A stretch of DNA of 64,000 bases, from assembly GCF_004010195.1 (NCBI RefSeq), contig NC_057719.1, positions 91,510,512 through 91,574,511 on the forward strand. Direction: 5' to 3'. The stretch is from Chiloscyllium plagiosum. Lineage: Eukaryota. Below, piece by piece: positions 38,901-50,900 of this stretch. The translations under genes and the position numbers were made by a program. The notes beneath the pieces are model-generated. The model was not told where the DNA came from. It saw nothing but the letters and a program-made list of their open reading frames with translations, and did not search any database. The stretch's first letter is position 1; the number at the start of each line of letters is the position of its first letter.

Positions 38901-41900
38901 TTTCTGCCTGTATGTCCAATGTAGTGTTTGTTACAGTTCTTGCAAAGTATTTTGTAAATGATATTAGTTTTGTTTGTTGTCTGTATAGGGTCTTCAAAGT
39001 TCATTAGCTGCTATTTTAGTGTGTTGGTGGGTTTGTGGGCTACCATGATGCCAAGGAGTCTGAGTTGTCTGGCAGTCATTTCCGAAATGTCTTTAATGTA
39101 GGGGAGTGTGGCTAGGGTTTCTGGACACGTTTTGTCTGCTTATTTGGGTATGTTGCTGAGAAATCGGCGGACTGTGTTTGTTGGGTACCCACTCCTTTTG
39201 AATAAACTGTATAGGTGATTTTCCTCTGCTCTGCATAGTTCCTCTGTGCTGCAGTGTGTGGTGGCTCGTTGAATGATGTTCTGATGCAGCTTTGTTTGGG
39301 AATGTTGGGATGATCGCTCCTGTAGTTCAATACTTGGTCTGTGTTTGTTATTTTCACAGCGCCAGAGACCCGGGTTCAGTTCCCGCCTCAGGCGACTGAC
39401 TCTGTGGAGTTTGCACATTCTCCCCGTGTCTGCGTGGGTTTCCTCCGGGTGCTCCAGTTTCCTCCCACACTCCAAAAATGTGCAGATTAGGTGAATTGGC
39501 CATGCTAAATTGCCTATAGTGTTAGGGGTAAATGTAGGGGAATGGGTCTGGGTGGGTGCGCTTCGGCGGGTCGGTGTGGACTTGTTGGGCCGAAGGGCCT
39601 GTTTCCACACTGTAAAGTAATCTAATCTAATTTTCCTATAGATGCTGGTTTGAAGTTCCCCATTGGCTGTTCGCTCTACTGTAACATCTAGGAATGGCAG
39701 TTTGTTGTTGCTTTCCTCCTCTTTAGTGAATTTTATGCCAGTAAAGGTATTATTGATGATCTTGAAGGTTTCCTCTAATTTGTTTTGTTTGGGTTGGATG
39801 GTTGACAGAGCTGTTTGTTTGAGTCTCTGTATTACTGTCTCTGCTAAAAGAACCCTGATATCGGAGATCCCATGGGTGTTCCGTTGGTTTGTCTGTAGGT
39901 TTTGTTGTTGGTGAAGTGGATGGTAAGACATAAGTCCACTAGCTTAACGATACTGTCCCTGCTGGTGAAGTTGGTGTTGTCTGGTGTATGTGTCTTTGGG
40001 TCTTCTAATAGTGTAGTAAGTGCTTCCTTGGCCAGGTTGTTGTTGACGGATGTGAACAAGGCTGTTGTATCAAAGGAGACCATGATTTCATCCTCCTCTA
40101 TCTTGGTGTCTTTGATGGTCTTCAGAAATTTTTGGGTGGAGTGGATGGAGTGGCTTGAGTCTTCTACTGTGTTTTTTTACTAAGATTCACACCACTCCAT
40201 CCATTCCATGGTAGCATAGATGAGCAGAGAGATCTTGGTGTTCATGTACAGAGATCCCTGAAAGTTGCCACTCAGGTTGATAGGGTTGTTAAGAAGGCAC
40301 ACAGTGGGTAAGCTTTTATTGGAAGAGGGACTGAATTTCACAGCCACAAAGTCATGTTGCAGTTGTACAAAACTCTGGTGAGGCTGCACTTGGAGTATTG
40401 CGTGCAGTTCTAGTCACCGCATTATAGGAAGGATGTGGAAACTTTGTAAAGGGTTCAGAAGAGATTTACTAGGATGCTGCCTGGTATGGAGGGAAGGTCC
40501 AAGGAAAGGCGGAGGGGCATGAAGCTGTTTTCGTGAGAGAGAAGAAGGTTGAGAGGTGACTTAATTAAGACATATAATATAATCAGAGGGTTAGATAGGG
40601 TGGACAGTGAGAGCCTTTTTTCTTCCGATGGTGATGGCTAGCACGAGGGGACATAGCTCTAAATTGAGGGGTGATAGATATAGGACAACTGTCAGAAGTA
40701 GTTTCTTTACTCAGAGTAGTAGGGGCGTGGAACGCATGCCTGCAACAGTAGTAGACGTGCCAACATTAAGGGTATTTAAATGGATAAACGTATGGATGAA
40801 AATGGAATAGGGCAGGATTGAAGGGCTTCAGATTGATTCCATGGGTAGGCGCAACATCAAGGGCTGAAGGGCCTGTTCTGCACTGTAATATTCTATGTTC
40901 TAAGCCTGTTGGACTATTGGAGGGCAGCATGGTGGCTTAGTGGTTAGTACTGCTGCTTCACAGCGCCAGGGACCCAGGTTCAATTCCAGCCTCAAGTGAC
41001 TGTCTGTGTGGAGTCTGCAAATTCTCTGTGTCTGTGTGGGTTTCCTCTGGGTGCTCCAGTTTCCTCCCACAGTCCAAAGATGTGCAGGTTAGTGAATTGG
41101 CCATGCTAAATTACCCACAGTGCTCAGGGATGTGTAGGTTAGGTGCATTAGTCAGGGATAAATGTAGAGTAATAGGGTAGGGGAATAAGTTTGGGTGGGA
41201 TACTCTTCAGAGGGTTGGTGTGGACTTGTTGGGCCAAAGGGCCTATTTCCACACTGTAGGGATTCTATGATTCTATAACTTAGTGTTGTGTGATTTTTAA
41301 GTTTGGATAGTCTGTGGCAGTCAGCTCATTGTAGGGATTCTATGATTCTATGTGCTAGCTGCCACAGACCATCCAAACTTAAAAATCACACAACACCAGG
41401 TTATAGAATCATAGAATCCCTATAGTGTGGAAACAGGCCGTTTGGCCCAACAAGTCCACACCAACCCTCCGTAGAGTAACCCATCCAGACCCATTCTCCG
41501 AACCCATTACTTTACATTTACCCAAGAGTAATGCACCTATCCACACATCGCTGAACACTACGGGCAATTTAGCATGGCCAATTCACCTTCCCTGCACATC
41601 TTTGGATTGTGGGAGTAAACCTGAAGGAAACCCACGCAGACACAGGGAGAATATGCAAACTCCACACAGACAGTTGCCAGAGGCTGGAATCGAACCCAGG
41701 TCCCTGGCGCTGTGAGGCAGCATGCCGCCACATCAACACCTTATAACTGTAAACTCCAGATACTGGAACAGGAGGAGGTCATTCAGCTCAAGTCTGCTCT
41801 GACAGTTAGATCTGATTCTCAATTCCACATCAGGACCGATTCCATAACCCTTCATACTAATCTGATAGGAAAAATAATTTGCTTGCAATATTGAATAAAG

Positions 41901-44900
41901 GTGTTAGCTTGCCAAAACAAAGTACAACTTTCAGAAATATTAAACAGTGTTAACCCAGAAACTGATGAAACGTAACTGGATACCTATGGATTGAATGGTA
42001 AAGGCACAAGCGTTCCATGCCATTAAAGGAACTCTAGAATCAGCTTCGTTGGGAGCAACCTTCAACCCTACTCGGAACACGGCTGTAGCGAACAACTGCA
42101 GCATTTCAACGATGCTTTTTGAGTACTTGATCCTGCATAAGTGCAAAACAGAGTAAAGATTGATTATAGTCTCAATTCCAGATTATTGGCCCTTTTATTC
42201 CCAACTTTGTCATGCTGGGATTCACATCAGTAAGTGCTAAATACTGTCCAAGAACTTCATTCATAGAATCACAGAATCCTCCAGTATTCGGCCCATAGAG
42301 TCCACACTAATCCTCCGGAGAGCATCCCACCCAGACCTCCTCCTATCCTATCCCTGTAACACTGCATTTCTCATGGCCATTCCACCTAACCTGCACATCT
42401 TTAGACCATAGAAGGAAACTGGAGCACCCAGAGGAAATCCATGCAGACATGGGGAGAATGTGCAAACTTCACGCTGGGCATCACCCGAGGCTGGAATCAA
42501 ACCTGGACCCCTGGTGTTGTGAGGCAGCAGTGCTAACCACAGAGCCACTGTACCATCCCTTTGTAACACTTGCTTCCGAACATTTCTCCCTGACAATGGG
42601 ACAGATCCTATTCCCACCTAATTTTCACAAGACTCAACAATGAAATTTGGGAATTAAGCTCTTGGAAATTTGGGAATTAAGTACTGGAGTGTCAGGCTTA
42701 AATTTTGTGCTCTGGCGGGTTTTGAACCTCGGAACTCAGGAGACGAAAATGCTACCAATGGAGGTACAGCCTCAAAGGGGAATGACTGATCAGTAAATTT
42801 GCTGTCTTACAGATGTATAGATTGCTGATCTTAATTTTATCCTAAATAATCTTAATCTGGTCCCACTCTTCCTCGTAAAGAGGTGGCTTGTACCCAACAA
42901 ATACCCTCACCAGAAGAACTGACATCAGGAACTCAAAACAAGGAATTCAAATGAGTGAAAACTGCTCATTTATATCATTGAGTTGTACAGCACGGAAATA
43001 GACCCATCCAACTCCATGCTGACAAAATATCCTAAATTAACCAATTTCCATTTACCAGCATTTGGCTCATTTCCCTCTAAACCCTTCCTATTCATATACC
43101 GATCCAGATGCCTTTGAAATATTGTTATTGTACCAGCTTCCACCACCCCCTCTGTAGCTTATTCCACACATGCACTACCCTCTGCATGAAAATCTTGCCC
43201 CTTAACTCCCTTTTAAATCTTTCCACTCTCATCTTAAACCTCTAGTTTTGGTATCCCCTACCCTGGGAAAAGATCTTGGCTATTCATCCTTTCTATGCCC
43301 TTCATGATTTTATAAACCTCTGTAAAGCCACCCCTCAGCCTCCGGTGCTCCAGGGAAAACAGCCCAGCCTATTCAGCCTCTCCCTGTGGCTCAAACCCAG
43401 CAACCCTGGCAATATCCTTGTAAATCTTTACTGAACCCTTTCAAGTTTCAGAACATCCTTCCGATAGCAGGGAGACCATATTCCAAAAGTGGTCGAACGA
43501 ATGTCCTGCACAGCTATGACATCACTTCCCAACGCCTATGCTCTATGCACTGACCAATAAAGGCAAGCGTATCAAATGCCTTCTCCACTATCCTACCTAC
43601 CTGCGACTCCACTTTCAAGGAGCTATGAATCTGATCCCCAAAGGTCTCTCCGTATGGCAACACTCCCCTGAACCTTACCATTAAATGTATATGGCCTGCC
43701 CTGATTTGCCTTTCCAAAATGCAACACCTCACATATATCTAAATTAAACTCCATCCACCACTCTTTGGCTCATCACCTCATCTGATCAAGATGTACTCGG
43801 AGGTAACCTTCTTTACTGACCACCACACCACCAATTCTGGTGTCATGTGCGAACTTACTAACCATGCCCCCTATATTCAGATCCAAATCATTTATATAAA
43901 TAACAAAAAGCAGTGGACCCAGCACCAATCCTTGTGGCACAGGCCTCCAGTCCAAAAATCAACCCTCCACTCCACTCTGTCTCCTACCTTCAAGGAAATT
44001 TTATTTCCAAATGGCTAGTTCTCCCTGTATTCAATGTGTTCTAACCCTGCCAACCAGTCTACCATGCAGAATCTTGCCGTAAGCCTTGCTTGAAGTCCAT
44101 ACAGACAACATCCACTGCTCTTCCTTCGTCAATCTTCTCACTTTTTGAAAATACTCAAGTTAATGGGACATGATTTCCCACGCATAAAGCCGTGTTGACC
44201 ATCCCTTATCAATCCTTGCCTTTCCAAATACATGTAAATCCTGTCCCTCAGAATGCCCTTCAACAACTTACCCATCACAGACGTCAGGCTCATCAGTCTA
44301 TAGTTCCCTGGCTTTTCCCTAATACTTTTGTAAATAATGGCACCACACTCCAGTTTTCTGGGACCTCACCCATGGCTATTGATGATACAAATAACCTAGC
44401 ATGGTGTTTCAGGTAACATATTACTGCCTTCAATACCTTGAATACGTGTATTACAAAAAAATACTAAAAATAAGTTATATTACGCACGGTGACTGTACTC
44501 CAAAACTGAGGATAGATCTAAATTCTACAGCATCTTTCCATGAAGTGGGGCTCGCTTGCATTAATTTGCTTTCATTTTCTGGGAAGAGAAAAAAAGGACA
44601 ATTATTTCTGAACAACCTCCACATCAATATGAGGGCTTTGTGTATTATATCCAAAGCTATACACTGATTGCTAAACATAGAAAATAACGATGTAGGGCAG
44701 CATGCTGCTGTTTCTAATGAGTCAGCTTAATTAGGACAGAAAACAAGTGTATTACCTGCACAGGTTCAGAAAATTTCAAAGCAAATTATAACATTTGCAG
44801 AATATGTTTCACTTTTCTCTTCAATACTTCCTCCAAACGAAAGGAGTAGCCATGGGCACCCGCATGGGCCCCAGCTATGCCTGCCTCTTCGTAGGATATG

Positions 44901-47900
44901 TGGAACAATCCATCTTCCGCAACTACACTGGCCCCACCCCCCACCTTTTCCTCCGCTACATCGATGACTGTATCGGCGCCGCCTCATGCTCCCACGAGGA
45001 GGTTGAACAGTTCATCCACTTCACCAACACCTTCCACCCCAACCTCAAATTCACCTGGACAGTCTCAGATTCCTCCCTCCCCTTCCCAGACCTTTCTATT
45101 TCTATCTCAGGCGACCGAATCAACACGGACATCTACTACAAACCGACCGACTCCCACAGCTACATGGACTACACCTCCTCCCATCCTGCCCCCTGTAAAA
45201 ACGCCATCCCATTCTCCCAATTCCTTCGACTCCGCCGCATCTGCTCCCAGGAGGACCAGATCCAAAAACGTACAACCCAGATGGCCTCCTTCTTCAAGGA
45301 CCGCAACTTCCCCCCCGACGTGGTCGACGGTGCCCTCCACCGCATCTCCTCCACTTCCCGCTCCTCCCCCCTTGAGCNNNNNNNNNNNNNNNNNNNNNNN
45401 NNNNNNNNNNNNNNNNNNNNNNNNNNNNNNNNNNNNNNNNNNNNNNNNNNNNNNNNNNNNNNNNNNNNNNNNNNNNNNNNNNNNNNNNNNNNNNNNNNNN
45501 NNNNNNNNNNNNNNNNNNNNNNNNNNNNNNNNNNNNNNNNNNNNNNNNNNNNNNNNNNNNNNNNNNNNNNNNNNNNNNNNNNNNNNNNNNNNNNNNNNNN
45601 NNNNNNNNNNNNNNNNNNNNNNNNNNNNNNNNNNNNNNNNNNNNNNNNNNNNNNNNNNNNNNNNNNNNNNNNNNNNNNNNNNNNNNNNNNNNNNNNNNNN
45701 NNNNNNNNNNNNNNNNNNNNNNNNNNNNNNNNNNNNNNNNNNNNNNNNNNNNNNNNNNNNNNNNNAAATGTGTTGCTGGAAAAGCGCAGCAGGTCAGGCA
45801 GCATCCAGGGAACAGGAGAATCGACGTTTCGGGCATAAGCCCTTCTTCAGGAATGAGGGAGGTTTGTCCAGCAGGCTAAGATAAAAGGTGGGGAGGAGGG
45901 ACTTGGGGGAGGGGCGTCGGAGATGTGATAGGTGGAAAGAGGTCAAGGTTAGGGTGATAGACCCTCACCTTGACCTCTTTCCACCTATCACATTTCCGAC
46001 GCCCCTCCCCCAAGTCCCTCCTCCCCACCTTTTATCTTAGCCTGCTGGACAAACCTTCCTCATTCCTGAAGAAGGGCTTATGCCCGAAACGTCGATTCTC
46101 CTGTTCCCTGGATGCTGCCTGATCTGCTGCGCTTTTCCAGCAACACATTTCCAGCTCTGATCTCCAGCATCTGCAGACCTCACTTTCTCCTCTTCAATAC
46201 CATGAGTGGGTAAGGTGAGAGGAAACAGCGATAGAGCTAAGTGATCAGGTTGAATTTTAGTCATTCCTTTGTTATTTAGTTTGTGGATTCTAAGCCATAT
46301 TTCTTTTGGCTCATTTAGCCTTATCGGTCACAAGTGTCCACCTAGCCTAGATACTCAAAATCAGGAAATCAAGAGAAACTGCGCCCACAAGCAGAACGGT
46401 AGGCAACTCACACTGGAGACATTTGACAAAACAATCAGACAAGAGAAATTTTTGCTATGTCTCAGATCTTCTTGATATTGCCTGTGCTCTTGAATAGGCT
46501 GTTGGAATGTGATTCAATTGCGACTTTCAAAAGAGAATTTTGAATTACTTATTGAGAAAACATTCTCATAGGATGTGGGTGTCACCGAGGAAGCATTTAT
46601 TGCCTGTAATTAGTTGCCTGAGAAGGTGGTGGTGAGCTGCCTGCTTGAACTGTTGTAGTCCATGTGCTGTAGATGGATCCACAGTGCAGCTGGGGAGGGA
46701 AGACCAGGATTTTGACCCAGTAACAGTTAAACGATAGGGTTCGCTCTTACCTGCGGTTTTGGGCATCCGTGGCAGGTTTTGGAATGTATCATCCACAGAT
46801 ACAGGGGGGGCACCTATAGTCATAATATTCAATTCCACCCCCCCGCAGATATGGGGTTCTGGATTAGTGGTGCTGGAAGAGCACAGCAGTTCAGGCAGCA
46901 TCCGAGGAGCAGTAAAATCGACGTTTCGGCCCTTCATCAGGAAGATATGGGGTCCTACAGTAGTTTCAATCAGGTAGACAATGTTTTTCTTCATTAGCTA
47001 ATTGCACAAGAGCGAGGGGATGTAAAGTCACAGAGATGAACAGCACGGAAACAGACCCTTCAGTCCAACTCATCCATGCCAACCAGATATCCCAAGTTTC
47101 TCAAGCGATGAAACAAAGGGATCAGTTAAAGTGTGTATGCTTTAATGCAAGGAGTGTCCGAAATAAGAGTGACGAACTTAAGAGCATGGATCAGTACTTG
47201 GGACTACGATGTTGTGGCCATAATAGAGATGTGGATTTCACTGGGGCAGGAATGGTTGCTTGATGTTCCAGGGTTTAGAATGTTTAAAAAGAACAGGGAG
47301 GGTGGAAAAAGAGGCGGGGGTGTAACATTGCTAATCAGAGAGTGCATCACAGCTACAGAAACGAAGGTTGTTGAGGAAGGTTTGTTGACTGAGTCAGTAT
47401 GGGTGGACGTGGGAAAAGCCACCGCATTGGGGGGTTTCTACAGACCACCTAATAGCAGTGGAGAGATTGAAGATCTCATTAGATGGGCACATTCTGGAAA
47501 AATGCAGAAGTAGCAGGGTTGTTGTTATGGGTGATTTCAACTTTCCCAATATCGAATGGAACCTCCTAAGTGTAGATGGTTTGGATGGAGCCAACTTTGT
47601 CAGGTGTGTTCAGGAGTGTTTCCTTACTCAGTATGTCGACAGACCAACGAGGGAAGAAGCCATTTTTGATTTGGTGCTCAGCAACAAGCTAGGACAGGTG
47701 TCAGATCTCATTGTGGGTGAGCACTTTGGTGACAGTAATCACAACTGCCTCACATTTAGCATAGCATTGGAAAGTGAAAGGGGCAATTACCGAGGGAAGA
47801 TATTCAATTGGGGAAAAGGAAATTATGACGGTATATGGAGTTGGGAAGTATAGACTGGGAGCAATTGTTCCATAGAAAGGGCACAGCAGACATGTGGAGA

Positions 47901-50900
47901 CTATTTAAGGAGCAGTTGTTGCAAGTGAAGCACAAATTTGTTCTTCTGAGGCAGGTAAGAGGTAAGATTAAGGAACCTTGGATGACGAGAACAGAGAAAC
48001 TTCTCGTCAAAAGGAAGAAGGCAGCTTATGAAAGGTGGAGGAAGCAAGGATCTAGCACAGTTTTGGAAGATTACAAGCTTGCTAGAAAAGAGTTCAGAAA
48101 TGGACTGAGGAGAGCCAGGAGGGGGCACGGGAAAGGCTTGACAAGAAGGATTAGGGAGAACCCAAAGGGGTTTTACTCATACGTGAGGAATAAGAGAATG
48201 ATCAGGGAGAAGGTGGGGCCGATGAGGGATAGCGGAGGGAATTTGTGCGTGGAGTCCGAGCAGAAAGGGGAAACCCCAAATGAGTTTTTTGCTTCAGTTT
48301 TCACTAAGGAAAGGAAACTTGTTATAAATGAAAACTTAGAGGAACTGGGATACAGTCTTGACCAGATCAAGATTGATGAAGTTGATGTGCTAGAAATTTT
48401 GGAAAGCATTAAGATTGATAAGTCCCCAGGGCCAGACCAGATTTATCGTACGCTTCTCCTGGAAGCGAGGATATTTGCCTCCTCACTCTCCACGGGAGTC
48501 ATACCGGAGGATTGGAAGGAGACGAATGCTGTTCCTCTTTTCAAGAAGGGTAATAGGGAAATCGCTGGCAATTACAGACCAGTCAGTCTTACGTCTGTGG
48601 TCAGCAAAGTTTTGGAAAGAATTCTGAGGGATAGGATTTATGACTATTTGGCAAAGCATAGTGTGATTAAAGGCAGTAGGCATGGTTTTGAGAGGGGCAG
48701 GTCACGCCTNNNNNNNNNNNNNNNNNNNNNNNNNNNNNNNNNNNNNNNNNNNNNNNNNNNNNNNNNNNNNNNNNNNNNNNNNNNNNNNNNNNNNNNNNNN
48801 NNNNNNNNNNNNNNNNNNNNNNNNNNNNNNNNNNNNNNNNNNNNNNNNNNNNNNNNNNNNNNNNNNNNNNNNNNNNNNNNNNNNNNNNNNNNNNNNNNNN
48901 NNNNNNNNNNNNNNNNNNNNNNNNNNNNNNNNNNNNNNNNNNNNNNNNNNNNNNNNNNNNNNNNNNNNNNNNNNNNNNNNNNNNNNNNNNNNNNNNNNNN
49001 NNNNNNNNNNNNNNNNNNNNNNNNNNNNNNNNNNNNNNNNNNNNNNNNNNNNNNNNNNNNNNNNNNNNNNNNNNNNNNNNNNNNNNNNNNNNNNNNNNNN
49101 NNNNNNNNNNNNNNNNNNNNNNNNNNNNNNNNNNNNNNNNNNNNNNNNNNNNNNNNNNNNNNNNNNNNNNNNNNNNNNNNNNNNNNNNNNNNNNNNNNNN
49201 NNNNNNNNNNNNNNNNNNNNNNNNNNNNNNNNNNNNNNNNNNNNGAGCCGTGAGGTTTTGCTGCAGCTCTACAAGTCCCTGGTGAGACCCCACTTGGAAT
49301 ATTGTGTCCAGTTCTGGTCGCCCTACTGTAGGAAAGATGTGGAGGCTTTGGAGAGGGTGCAAAGAAGGTTTATCAGGATGCTGCCTGGACTGGAGGGCTT
49401 GTCTTATGAATAAAGGTTGAATAGGCTCGGACTTTTCTCTCTGGAGAGAAGGAGGAAGAGAGGAGACCTGATCGAGGTGTACAAAATAACGAGAGGAATA
49501 GATAGAGTCAATAGCCAGAGACTTTTCCCCAGGGCAGGATTGACTGGTGCAAGAAGTCATAGTTTGAAGATATTAGGAGGAAGGTATAAAGGAGACATCA
49601 GAGGTAGGTTTTTTACAGAGAGAGTTGTGAATGCATGGAATGTGTTGCTAGCAGTGGTGGTGGAAGCAGAGTCATTGGGGACATTTAAGCGACTGCTGGA
49701 CATGCACATGGATAGCAGTGAGTTGAGGGGTGTGTAGGTTTTTACTATATTTTACATGAGGGTTAAATCTCGGCACAACATCGTGGGCCAAAGGGCCTGT
49801 TCTGAACTGTACTTTTCTATGTTCTATTAACCTCGTCTCACTTGCCAGCATTTTTCCCATATCCCTCCAAATCCTTCCTATTCATATACCCACCCAGATA
49901 CCTTTTAAATGCTCTAATTGTACCAGCCTCCACCACTTCCTCCAGCAGCTCATTCCATACATGCACCACCATCTGCATGAAAAACCTATCCCTTATCTCC
50001 CTTTTAAATCCTTTTCTCTCACCCTAAACATATGCCCTCTTGGTCCAGATTCCCCCACTCCAGGGAAAAGACCTTGTCTATTTACCCTATCCATGCCCCT
50101 CATGATTTTATAAACCTCTTTAACATCGCCAATGCTTCAAGGAAAACAATCTCTCCCTATAGCTCAAACCCTCCAATTCTGGCAACATCCTTGTAAATCT
50201 TTTCTGAAATCTTCCAAATTTCAGAGCATCCTTCCTATAGGAGGGAGACCAGAACTGCACACAATATTCCAAAATTCACCGAATCAACGTCCTGTACAGC
50301 TGCAACATGACCTCCCAACTCCTGTACTCGATACTCTGACCAATAAAGGAAAGCATACCAAACGCCTTCTTCACGATCCTATCTACCTGCGACTCTGCTT
50401 TCCAGGAGCTATGAACCTGCACTCCAAGGTCTCCTTATTTAGCAACAGGTTGAAAGTGTTGGGCAGTTTGGGTATGTGCTGGTAGGATGTGGATTTTTTT
50501 TTTAAAAACACTGTAACCTGGGCTTGCCATTTCAGGAAAGAACAGCTGCAGACCTACAGGGATGGAAATGAGCTGTAATGAACTAAATGGGCTGAGATGT
50601 CTCTTGCTGTGCTCTGTAAACAGATCTCCCTGGTTTGAGTGATACTATTTCATGTGATCTATCTTGCCAGGAACCTCATAGCACCATTGAAGACCATTTG
50701 GCCCATTTAGTGACACTCTTTGAAGTAATTAACCAATTAATTCTACTCCAAACCCATGTTCTGTCATTCATTTCAATACATGACAATAACAAGGAAGTGC
50801 TCAATTTCCCGTGGGTGTGAGTGACAGAATGTTGTAATTTTATATTGTGTTGCATGAATAGGATAAGAAATGAGTTTGACGTCAGACTGCAGGTGGACTG

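Larger units (their letters stand above)
38495..40170 (-). mobile_element. Penelope-like retroelement (family C), RT + GIY-YIG remnants
   Basis: [66 protein letters not shown] (GIY-YIG); split by an HE1 at 39356. Confidence 0.92.
44828..46189 (+). mobile_element. Young Penelope-like element (family B) spanning an assembly gap
   Basis: Stop-free CpG-rich RT ([34 protein letters not shown]); terminal palindrome; TSD CTCTTCAATAC (44817-44827, 46190-46200). Confidence 0.88.

Noticed and set aside
44795..49560. Very long ORFs (347, 328, 472, 297 aa)
   Set aside because: Lengths are inflated by N runs; the real parts are Penelope and CR1 RT fragments
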